Assembly (NCBI GenBank): GCA_965216315.1
Contig: CBDCFN010000016.1
Span: forward strand, 576,001-640,000
Source: a bacterium
GTDB lineage: Bacteria; UBA10199; 2-02-FULL-50-16; JAJFLM01
Reading direction: 5' to 3'
DNA: 64,000 bases
Under the pieces are notes generated by a model. The model saw nothing but the letters and a program-made list of their open reading frames with translations. It was not told the origin of the DNA and did no database searches. Shown here in pieces: positions 9,285 through 17,866 of the stretch (position 1 is its first letter; each line of letters begins with the position of its first letter). The position numbers and the translations under genes are program-made.

Positions 9285-10001
9285 TTGCTGAGCTTAATAT
9301 TTGGACAAGGCCATCCCCCTGAAAAACGTAAGCGCTACCGGTATACCTTGCCGTCATCAGTGGCGGGTCGGGTTGAGTTGGAGTTGCCACTTGGTGAACG
9401 GCTAACGCTTCGGGTGGTCGATCTCAATGACGAGGCGGTATCCGGTCACTACGAGGGGGAACTCTCGATGCCGGTTGATGATTTGCCGCGGCTGAATGCG
9501 ACGCTGTATCTCGATGACTTGCAGTTTGCGTTTAAGGCGCAAATTATTCGTTATGCCAAAAATTTCCTCGTTTTTAAGTATTGTGATTATGATGAGGAGA
9601 CCTATAAGGAAGTCCTCGAATATTTCCCGGTGATATTAGGTCGGAGCTTGGAGGATCGCGGGGCGCAAAGTAAGACATCGGATTGGATACATGGTTCAAA
9701 TTATACCGATATTTTTATTCAGAACGAAGAAGACCGGAGTGGTGATATCCATAGTTTAACCTATGTTTCAGAGGATAACTATTTGCACTGGAACAGAGAA
9801 ACGGGCATGAAAACGGGGCAAGTTAAGCGAGAGACTTTTGCCGAAGGGTTAGGGTTTTCGAAGCGAGTGCAGAATCCGATTATAAAAGACGCTAGGCCTG
9901 ATGCGGGTCGAATAAAGCGCTTAGCAAGTATTGTTGCGCATTCCTCCTTGCCTGTAGAGACAAAGCAGGCCATTGCTGCAATTCTTGAGATTGGATCATG
10001 A
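9285..10001 (+). CDS. PilZ-domain-like protein
   Basis: RxxxR motif (RKRYR) followed by beta-strands and a degenerate DxSxxG (DLNDEA); ATGA overlap with MMPL copy 2; start uncertain. Confidence 0.55.
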   Translation: MLSLIFGQGHPPEKRKRYRYTLPSSVAGRVELELPLGERLTLRVVDLNDEAVSGHYEGELSMPVDDLPRLNATLYLDDLQFAFKAQIIRYAKNFLVFKYCDYDEETYKEVLEYFPVILGRSLEDRGAQSKTSDWIHGSNYTDIFIQNEEDRSGDIHSLTYVSEDNYLHWNRETGMKTGQVKRETFAEGLGFSKRVQNPIIKDARPDAGRIKRLASIVAHSSLPVETKQAIAAILEIGS

Positions 10002-12316
10002 TTAGTAAGCTCATTGATCTACTCGTCATTCATCCGAAGAAATTTCTTTTTACCGCGCTAGGGATTACCTTGTTGTTGGCGTTTTTTGTGCCCGAAATCC
10101 GCATGGTGACGTCAGTCGAGCAGCTCTACCCCTCTAAAAAGGATCCTGACCGCCAGGTATTGGAGGAGACGGAATATCTCTTTGGGGAGGACCCAAGTCT
10201 GATTGTCGCTTTGAAGACGGATGAGGTGTTTAAGAAAGATGTTTTGACTAAAGTGCGTGCCCTTACGCGTGATATAGAAAAAGTTGAACATGTGACTCGG
10301 GTCGATAGTCTGGCTACGGCCAAACGCATCATCAGTGACGAAGAGAGTATGTTGGCAGAGGATTTTTTGGAAAAAATTCCTCAGACAGAGAACGAAATCA
10401 AAGCCCTTCGCAAAGAATACTTTGATAACCCACTGTATCGTAACGCTTACGTTTCGGCCAACGGGCAATGGGCTATCTTTAATGTCGTATTAGAATCTGA
10501 AGATAAGATCGGCAATATCCCGCCAATCGTGAAGAAAATCCGTGCTCTAGCGGTTCAATATCAAGGGCCGGAACGAATATTTGTATCGGGGCGCAGTGAA
10601 CTCAATACCAGTTTCAATGATCTCATGCAAAGCGATCGCCGGCGGCTAATCCCGATTTTGATTGTGGTGATGCTGATCGTCCTTTATTTGAATTTTAGGT
10701 CGTTGGTTGGCTTCGCGCTTCCCTTAGTCAGTGTTTTGATAGGTGTTGTGTGGACATTCGGTGTTATGAGCCTTTTTGGAATCCCAATCTCCATCTTAAC
10801 TTCGACCTTGCCGTCCATTTTGATTGCGATCGGATGTTCTTACGCTATCTATTTTCTCGCGACCTATTTCACGCTCTGGTCTGAAGATCAGGATCCTGTC
10901 GATCATTTAAAGAGGGTGCTGAATAAAACTCTCTTGGCGGTTATCTTCTGCGCTTTTACTACGATTGTCGGGTTTTTTGGGCTCTCTTTAAATGATATCA
11001 ACTTGATCAAGCAGATGGGAGTTGCGGCGGTCATCGGGATATCAAGCCTGTTGGCGCTGACGGCTTTTGTCTTGCCGTGTTTTATCCTTGTAATCAGTGC
11101 ACTCCAGCAGAGCCGTCTGCGTCGGCAGCGGCCCATTCGCATCGCAGACAAGAAGCAGCAGCTTCACACGTTTCCAAGACGTTTCTTGAATCATTCGGGT
11201 AAATTGTTGTGCGGGTGGGCCATCGTCTTTATGATATGCCTGTTCTTTATTCCGCAGCTGAAAATTGAGAACGACCCGAGCACTTTTTTCAAGAAAGATT
11301 CAAGTACCTGGACTAATTTGCAATCATTGGTCAATGAATTGAATATGTACGGTCGATTCAAAATCGTTTTGAGCGCTAAGCAAGAAGACTATTTTAAAAA
11401 CCCCGAGGCATTGAAGCAGATCGAACTGTTGGGAACGAAGATTCAGGCTCTCGAAGAAACAGGCAAGACAATGTCGTTGGCGGATTTTGTGAAAACCATC
11501 AATAAGTCATTCAATGAACATAAACCGGAGTTTGAAGCGATTCCCCCCACCGAGCAGGAAGTCGCCCAGTACTTATTGCTCTATTCACTCTCCGGTGACG
11601 ACGAGAATCTTTATAGGTATGTCACTGAAGACTATAAAACGACTCAAATTGATATTAATGCAGGCGTGACGAGTAGTATCGATAGCTTGACCCTCGCTAA
11701 CAAAATTGAGGCTGACTGCAATGAGGTTTTTGGTGATGATGTCACCTGTCGCGCATCCGGTGCTTCGCTCATACTGGCGAAAAGCGCTCGTTATATTGCT
11801 TTGGGAGTTCTGAAGGGGTTTAGCCTTGCACTGTTTATTATTCTCATTTTGATGTTTGTGCTGTTCCGATCGATTCGGATTGGGCTGATCGCGATGATTC
11901 CAAATGTTGTTCCCACTTCGCTGCTGCTGAGTTTTATGGCGATTGCAGGCATTCCCTTGAACGTGGGTACGTCGATTATTTTGACGATCGCACTCGGTAT
12001 TGCTGTCGATGATACCTTGCATTTTTTCGTTCATTATTATCAGGAACTTAAACAGACGAACCATTTTTTGATTCAGTCCCAGACGGGAATTCGTATTACG
12101 GAAGATCAGAAGTGGGCGGTCGTCACAACCTGGCGGCACCTTTATAAGGCCCTGACGACCACAACGGCGACGATCGTGTGCGGTTTTCTCGTGTTGACTC
12201 TTTCGGATCTGACGCCTTTGGCTCTCTTTGGGTCTTTGACCGCCTTGACGATGTTTTTTGCCTTGCTCACCGATTTAACGCTGACGCCCGCCTTGATTAT
12301 GAAGACGAAGTTCTAG
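9998..12316 (+). CDS. MMPL/RND-superfamily lipid transporter, copy 2
   Basis: 772 aa, collinear with copy 1 (QLYPSKK, RVDSLATA, AMIPNV, GIAVDDTLHF). Confidence 0.9.
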   Translation: MISKLIDLLVIHPKKFLFTALGITLLLAFFVPEIRMVTSVEQLYPSKKDPDRQVLEETEYLFGEDPSLIVALKTDEVFKKDVLTKVRALTRDIEKVEHVTRVDSLATAKRIISDEESMLAEDFLEKIPQTENEIKALRKEYFDNPLYRNAYVSANGQWAIFNVVLESEDKIGNIPPIVKKIRALAVQYQGPERIFVSGRSELNTSFNDLMQSDRRRLIPILIVVMLIVLYLNFRSLVGFALPLVSVLIGVVWTFGVMSLFGIPISILTSTLPSILIAIGCSYAIYFLATYFTLWSEDQDPVDHLKRVLNKTLLAVIFCAFTTIVGFFGLSLNDINLIKQMGVAAVIGISSLLALTAFVLPCFILVISALQQSRLRRQRPIRIADKKQQLHTFPRRFLNHSGKLLCGWAIVFMICLFFIPQLKIENDPSTFFKKDSSTWTNLQSLVNELNMYGRFKIVLSAKQEDYFKNPEALKQIELLGTKIQALEETGKTMSLADFVKTINKSFNEHKPEFEAIPPTEQEVAQYLLLYSLSGDDENLYRYVTEDYKTTQIDINAGVTSSIDSLTLANKIEADCNEVFGDDVTCRASGASLILAKSARYIALGVLKGFSLALFIILILMFVLFRSIRIGLIAMIPNVVPTSLLLSFMAIAGIPLNVGTSIILTIALGIAVDDTLHFFVHYYQELKQTNHFLIQSQTGIRITEDQKWAVVTTWRHLYKALTTTTATIVCGFLVLTLSDLTPLALFGSLTALTMFFALLTDLTLTPALIMKTKF

Positions 12317-12466
12317 GAGTCAATATCTTGACTGTTAGGGCTCTCAATATGATAAAAAATAGTGTAGACTAAGCGGAGCGAGTGTCATTTATTCATATAA
12401 AACAACAGCTTACTTTTTTTGGCTACTGGTACGTTTATTGCACTAGCTAGAATGGTGGATTCATTT

Positions 12467-13906
12467 ATGTCGGGCAGAAACATCAGCATTGGGGGGATTT
12501 TGCTTGCCGCCCTGTTGGTAGGGGCGCTTTCAGGGCCGGTGCAGGCGCAGCCGAGTGCCGCGGATGAGCCGACGGAAGCGCCAGCTCCACCAACGATGCC
12601 CCCGCCAACGACACCCCCACTGCCGCCCCTGCCGGACGATCCCGCCGATAGTTCGACGCCACCGCCTCCCGGCGAAACAGGGTCTGAGTTGCCCAGCGAC
12701 CCTCTCGGGGAGCCTGAGGTCGGTGAAGTGGAAGAGCCGGCCGTAAAGTATAAAGTGGGTTATATTTGCAGCCCGGCGGCAGGCAATGTTGAGAATCAAA
12801 GTAACCTTTGTGTCGTGGATTCCGATGGAAAAAATCCACGTGTCATGGTGGTGGGCGGCATCCTTGCCGCGCCGGTTTGGTCTTTAGATGGCCAGTTCAT
12901 CTATTTTTCTTATGATAAGGGTCCCGCCAATCTAGAAGCGTTACCGGGGATGCCTCCGGTCAGCATTCCCCATAATTTTGATGTTCATTATCTGCGTTGG
13001 AGTGATGGAGCGCATCTGCAATTAACGGATAGTCCTGCGCCCGAATTCTTGATTCAAGATCTTCCTGCCGGAAATGAATTGCTGTTGACACGTCGTCGTT
13101 TTGTAAACGAAACCTCACAGCTGGGAGTTGAGAAAAAGAAGCTGGAGATCAAATTAAAGCTAATAGATTTTCCGTGTGTTTTTTCCATGACTGAACAGAA
13201 TTGCGAGAGTTTAGGCGCAACGGCAGGGGAGTTAGCGAACTCTGATTGCCCACCCTTGGCGCTCCCATTGCCTCTAGGCTTGTCTCCATTTGGACGCTGG
13301 GCGACCCAATCGGCAATGTTGTGTGATGAAGGGGTAAGGAAGGAAGGCTTTTTTCTCGTTGATACTGAAAGTGATAAGAGGATTCCGGTTTTGCATAAGG
13401 ACCTTAGTGCATGTCGCGTTATAGATTTTCACGGCGGCATTGCCGTCAATGACGATGGATCGCCCATGGTGATTCCTTTTAATACGAAATCTCTTAAAAT
13501 AGATAGCTGTGTCTTCTACTTGTCCCCGGAAAGGCAACGCATGGCTTACATCAACGTTAACGGTCAAGTTGGTGTGATTGATTTGAATAGCCGTCAACTC
13601 CAGTACATGACAGTCGAGGCGCCGGTTCAAGGCATTGATGCGCTGGCGTGGTCACCCGGTGGCAATGATTTGTTGGCCTTCAAGCGGGAAGGCGGGGGGC
13701 CGATGTATAGAATTTCGGCGCTAATCGTCGACGATGTCAGTTTTCTGGGTTACGGGAGTCAACCTGCCTGGAGTCCGATTCCGCTCGCGACGTATACCTC
13801 CGAAGCGACGGTTGCAGCGGCCGAAACTATTGAGCTCGACAATGTTCCCGCCGAGAAGACGCAAATCATCGCGCAGCCTGCCGCTGGATGTACCCTCATC
13901 CGCTAA
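12467..13906 (+). CDS. Secreted TolB/PD40-like beta-propeller protein with Pro-rich N-terminal arm
   Basis: Signal peptide ending VQA (likely ATG 12467); Pro-rich segment; repeats PVWSLDG, LSPFG, LSPER, AWSPGG, PAWSP; ends AAGCTLIR. Confidence 0.7.
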   Translation: MSGRNISIGGILLAALLVGALSGPVQAQPSAADEPTEAPAPPTMPPPTTPPLPPLPDDPADSSTPPPPGETGSELPSDPLGEPEVGEVEEPAVKYKVGYICSPAAGNVENQSNLCVVDSDGKNPRVMVVGGILAAPVWSLDGQFIYFSYDKGPANLEALPGMPPVSIPHNFDVHYLRWSDGAHLQLTDSPAPEFLIQDLPAGNELLLTRRRFVNETSQLGVEKKKLEIKLKLIDFPCVFSMTEQNCESLGATAGELANSDCPPLALPLPLGLSPFGRWATQSAMLCDEGVRKEGFFLVDTESDKRIPVLHKDLSACRVIDFHGGIAVNDDGSPMVIPFNTKSLKIDSCVFYLSPERQRMAYINVNGQVGVIDLNSRQLQYMTVEAPVQGIDALAWSPGGNDLLAFKREGGGPMYRISALIVDDVSFLGYGSQPAWSPIPLATYTSEATVAAAETIELDNVPAEKTQIIAQPAAGCTLIR

Positions 13907-13981
13907 GCAACTGAAATCTTTCCCTTATTCATGTTTTCACAAGTGGCGAGCTGTGATATTGTGTAGCGACCAAACAGCGTT

Positions 13982-15715
13982 GTGAAATCACTTATTATCA
14001 TCATTATGTTGCTCGGCTTGGCGGTAGGTGCCAGTGCCGCTGAGGAAGAAACGGTCTCGGAGGAGATCCCCCCGAATTGGAAGAAGTGGGAGACTCCCGA
14101 CGGGGCGGTTTATTATCAGCGGCCCGATGGGACAACGACGTGGGAAAATCCACTCAATCCGCCCGAGCTAGGTCCGGGAGTTGATGACAAGCAGGGTCCC
14201 GTTCCAAGCCAAACTGTCAGTGATGACGGGGCGCCCGAACCAGTTGAGGCAGAGCCGGCTCCTGTTGAGGCAACAACCGTTGGTGCGCGGCAGCCGAGAA
14301 AGAGCGGGGCGTTTATGGAGGGAAGCGCCGAAGCGGCTCCTGAGGTATCGGTGTTACCGGATGGTTGGAAAGAGTGGCGCACCGAAGACGGCAAACGCTA
14401 CTACGAGAAGCCGGATGGAACGACGACATGGGACCGCCCCAAAATTGTCTGGGAAAAGCCCTCGGCAGACGGAACACTGACGCTCACGCGCTATCATACT
14501 GAAAACATTAATTGGGCAAATGATTTTCGCTTTGGGGGGTCGCTAGAATATCGATTTTCCGGGTTTTTTAAAAATGATGTGAATAGTGATGAGCGTCTCT
14601 GGAATGATGTCATTTTTCAATTGTTTACCGATGTTCGCTGGAATGATCAGGTTCGCACTTATGGCAAGATGGAGTTGACAGGATATCTCCCGCAATCGGA
14701 TCCGCGTATTCGTATTATTCCGGAAGAAGCTTTTCTGGATCTTTATTTAGGTCCCGTTGATATTCGGGCGGGTTATCAGATTTATTCCTGGGGTGTGGCT
14801 GATCTGTATAATCCGACGGATAAGCTGAACCCGCGTGATTATATAGACATTCTCAATTACGAAAAAGAAGGTATCTTAAGTTTGAAGGTCGGTTATTCTT
14901 TTAGCAATTGGACGCTCGAAGGCATTTGGATTCCTTTGCCGGAGGAGAGTTATCTCCCTCAACCCGGCTGGCGCTTTTTTGAAATGCCGGGCGCCTCCCA
15001 GGGACTGCCGCCGGCAATCGTGTCGGACCTAATAGCCTTGCGGCCCGGTAAAAGTATTCGAAATCCGCAGTTTGCAGCCCGCTTGCGAGGGACTGCGGGG
15101 CGTTTTGATCTGGGTTTCAGCTATTTCTATGGCTTGGCGACAGTGCCGCAGCGTGAGGTGAGTGTAGGCACATTCAACCCTGTCGATAATACGGTGACGG
15201 TAACAGTGACCGAAGTATTTCCACGCGAGCATACCGTTGGGGCGAACATGGCAACCACGATCAAAAAACTCGGACTCCATTTGGAAACGGCTGCTGTTTT
15301 TCCTAAGGATACCGGAAGAGACATCGGCTCCGCTGATCAATTTCGCTTTAACTATGTTGTCGGCGGGAATTATACGTGGAGCGATGTCATTTCAGACCAT
15401 GATATAAGATTTTTCCTCGATTTTACTCACGAGATTCATCGTGATGAAAAAAGCACTAACCTTTCCCGAATTTTTCAGTTATCATTGCTCTCACGTCTGG
15501 AATATATCGTCTCAGACGACCTTAAAATCACTCTATCAGGGGCCTATAATTTCGATGATCGCGATTATATTATTCGGCCTCGTATCGAGTGGGGTTTTTA
15601 TGAGGGCTTTACATTGACCGCCGGTGCCGATTTCCTGGGTGGGCCGAGCGGAAGCTTTTTTGACCTGTTTGAAGAGGATGACCGGGGCTATGCCTGGCTA
15701 AAGTACGAATTTTAG
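13982..15715 (+). CDS. Outer-membrane beta-barrel (DUF1302-like) with two N-terminal WW domains
   Basis: Signal peptide; WW-like repeats at aa 29-57 and 125-153; EAFLD..DIRAGYQIYSWGVAD..NPTDKLNP barrel motif; C-terminal WLKYEF. Confidence 0.8.
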   Translation: MKSLIIIIMLLGLAVGASAAEEETVSEEIPPNWKKWETPDGAVYYQRPDGTTTWENPLNPPELGPGVDDKQGPVPSQTVSDDGAPEPVEAEPAPVEATTVGARQPRKSGAFMEGSAEAAPEVSVLPDGWKEWRTEDGKRYYEKPDGTTTWDRPKIVWEKPSADGTLTLTRYHTENINWANDFRFGGSLEYRFSGFFKNDVNSDERLWNDVIFQLFTDVRWNDQVRTYGKMELTGYLPQSDPRIRIIPEEAFLDLYLGPVDIRAGYQIYSWGVADLYNPTDKLNPRDYIDILNYEKEGILSLKVGYSFSNWTLEGIWIPLPEESYLPQPGWRFFEMPGASQGLPPAIVSDLIALRPGKSIRNPQFAARLRGTAGRFDLGFSYFYGLATVPQREVSVGTFNPVDNTVTVTVTEVFPREHTVGANMATTIKKLGLHLETAAVFPKDTGRDIGSADQFRFNYVVGGNYTWSDVISDHDIRFFLDFTHEIHRDEKSTNLSRIFQLSLLSRLEYIVSDDLKITLSGAYNFDDRDYIIRPRIEWGFYEGFTLTAGADFLGGPSGSFFDLFEEDDRGYAWLKYEF

Positions 15716-15864
15716 AGGATCAATGAAAATGACCACCTGCATCGTTGCCTCAAAATTCAGTCATTGCGACGTACTTAAAGTACGACTCATTCCTGAATTT
15801 ATCAGCGCCTTGCATCTGGAACATTTTCATTAATCCTTATACTGTGAATTGCAAGGAGAGTAGA

Positions 15865-16695
15865 ATGTATCGATATGTAGGTTATACCGGGATTATCACG
15901 TTCACGTTTCTGCTAATAGCGAGTAGCGGGCATGCACAAACGGCGAGCGAAGCGCCGGCGGGAACCGCTCAACCGACGGCTCCGGCTCAACCGCAGTTAA
16001 CGGCTCGCCAGATGATGCAGAAATTTGTCGATCATTATGATAATCGTGATGAGGCGACTAAGATGCAAATGGTGCTGATCTCCAAGACAGGTTCACAACG
16101 GAATCGACGCATGAGTATCAAACGTCGCACTGATGAAAAAGATCTTGAAAAGATAATGATCCGTTTCCATGAACCCAATGATATCCGCGGGACCTCTTTG
16201 CTGACTTGGGAACAGGCGGCTGGTAAGGATGATTTGCAATGGATTTATCTGCCGGCACTGAAAAAGACCAAGCAGATTTCAGGTGGCGCCAAAAAAGATG
16301 ATTTCGTCGGCAGTGACTTTACCTATGAGGATCTGCGCCCCGAAAAATTGGATGACTTTAATTACACGTTAGTCGGAGCTCAGGATGGCCGCGTCATTAT
16401 TGATGCAACGCCACGTATCAGTGATTCCGGTTATAGCCGCCGGCGCGTCTGGCTGCGGCAGGACAATTATTTTGCAGTGGGTATCAAGTATTACGACCAT
16501 AAAGGCCAATTCCTCAAAAAAATGAGCGTTTCGGGTTTGGTGAATGTCGCCGGTGGGCGCGTACGTGCCAATAAAGTGAGGATGGAAAACGTTCAAAATG
16601 GCCATGCGACTGAATTGAATGTCCATAGCCGTCAGTTAGACACGGGCTTGAAAGAAGCCGCGTTTACCAAGCGGGAATTGGAAAAGGGCGTCTAG
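15865..16695 (+). CDS. Outer-membrane lipoprotein-sorting protein (LolA-like carrier)
   Basis: AAGGAG RBS before ATG 15865; signal peptide; FHEPNDIRGTSLL, DDLQWIYLPALKK and FVGSDFTYEDL motifs typical of LolA-like partners of MMPL transporters. Confidence 0.85.
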   Translation: MYRYVGYTGIITFTFLLIASSGHAQTASEAPAGTAQPTAPAQPQLTARQMMQKFVDHYDNRDEATKMQMVLISKTGSQRNRRMSIKRRTDEKDLEKIMIRFHEPNDIRGTSLLTWEQAAGKDDLQWIYLPALKKTKQISGGAKKDDFVGSDFTYEDLRPEKLDDFNYTLVGAQDGRVIIDATPRISDSGYSRRRVWLRQDNYFAVGIKYYDHKGQFLKKMSVSGLVNVAGGRVRANKVRMENVQNGHATELNVHSRQLDTGLKEAAFTKRELEKGV

Positions 16696-16696
16696 T

Positions 16697-17866
16697 TCAA
16701 TCAGCGGTAAAGTAATTCTGACGACCGCGCGAGTAAAGCACTTCAGAGATCATATATTTCTGTATCTCGGTGGTTCCTTCAATAATAGAAAGGATTTTTG
16801 AATCGTTGACTAGCTTGGCGATTGGATACTCGAGGGAAATACCGGCTCCCCCCATAATTTGAGCTGCTTTTAGAGTGACTTCTTCGGCTGTTGATGTTGC
16901 ATAGGCTTTAGCCAGTGATGCCTCGTAGCGATAATCCTGGCCGAGAGAGGCTTTCCATGCCGCCCGCCAAGCTGCAAGTCTTGATGCCTCTGTCGCCATT
17001 TGCATTTGCGCAATGTATTGGCGAATGACCGGATGATCCCCAATGGCTTTTCCAGCCGAGTAACGAGTTCTTGAATAATCAATGCATTCATCAATGGCAC
17101 GTTGTTGTATGCCCGTAGCTATGGCAGCCGTTCCGGTCCTGCCACGCGAGAGAGAACGCATGGCTACCTGATAGCCGTTGCCCTCTTTGTCTAGAAGGTT
17201 TTCACGCGGGATGAAGACATCTTCAAAAGTGAGACCGGATGTATCGGCGGCTTTAAGGCCAAGCTTTTTTTCAGGGCGCGCTTTGATGACTCCATCCAGG
17301 TTGCCGGGAACGATAAAGGCTGATAGCTCAGAAATTTGTTGAGACCCCTTAGGGTAGGCGAAAACAATATAGATGCCGGCACGATTTGCATTGGATATCC
17401 ACGCTTTCTGACCATTGATGACAAAGCCATCATTCTTTGTTTCGTAATGGGTTTTTAAGCCGCCAAGGTCGGAGCCGGTTTGGGGCTCGGTTAAGGCAAA
17501 CGAAATCAGCATTCGCTCTTCACATAATAAGGTAAGCCACTTCTTTTTTTGTTCTGCCGTGCCGAAATAGTCAATAGGTGCGGAAGCCAGATTATTAGTC
17601 AGTATGGCGAGTGCTATACCTGCACAAGCATGTCCCAGGATTTCTGCAATAAGGACGGACTCAGCAGGTCCCATGTTACCTCCACCATACTCATCTGAAA
17701 TTCCCAAGTTAACGATACCTAACTCTTGAGCTTTATCGATAATATCTTCAGGAAAAGTATGGCTTTCATCATATTCTGCTGCTTTGGGTAGGATTTCGTT
17801 TGAGGCAAAATCTTTTGCCATATCCACGATCAAGCGCTGGTCTTCAGTCAAAGAAAAATCAATCAT
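16697..17866 (-). CDS. Acyl-CoA/acyl-ACP dehydrogenase
   Basis: FALTEPQTGSD, NGQKAWISN, KLGLKA and IIEGTTEIQ; start probably 17866 behind AAGGAG, overlapping the upstream stop. Confidence 0.92.
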   Translation of the reverse strand: MIDFSLTEDQRLIVDMAKDFASNEILPKAAEYDESHTFPEDIIDKAQELGIVNLGISDEYGGGNMGPAESVLIAEILGHACAGIALAILTNNLASAPIDYFGTAEQKKKWLTLLCEERMLISFALTEPQTGSDLGGLKTHYETKNDGFVINGQKAWISNANRAGIYIVFAYPKGSQQISELSAFIVPGNLDGVIKARPEKKLGLKAADTSGLTFEDVFIPRENLLDKEGNGYQVAMRSLSRGRTGTAAIATGIQQRAIDECIDYSRTRYSAGKAIGDHPVIRQYIAQMQMATEASRLAAWRAAWKASLGQDYRYEASLAKAYATSTAEEVTLKAAQIMGGAGISLEYPIAKLVNDSKILSIIEGTTEIQKYMISEVLYSRGRQNYFTAD

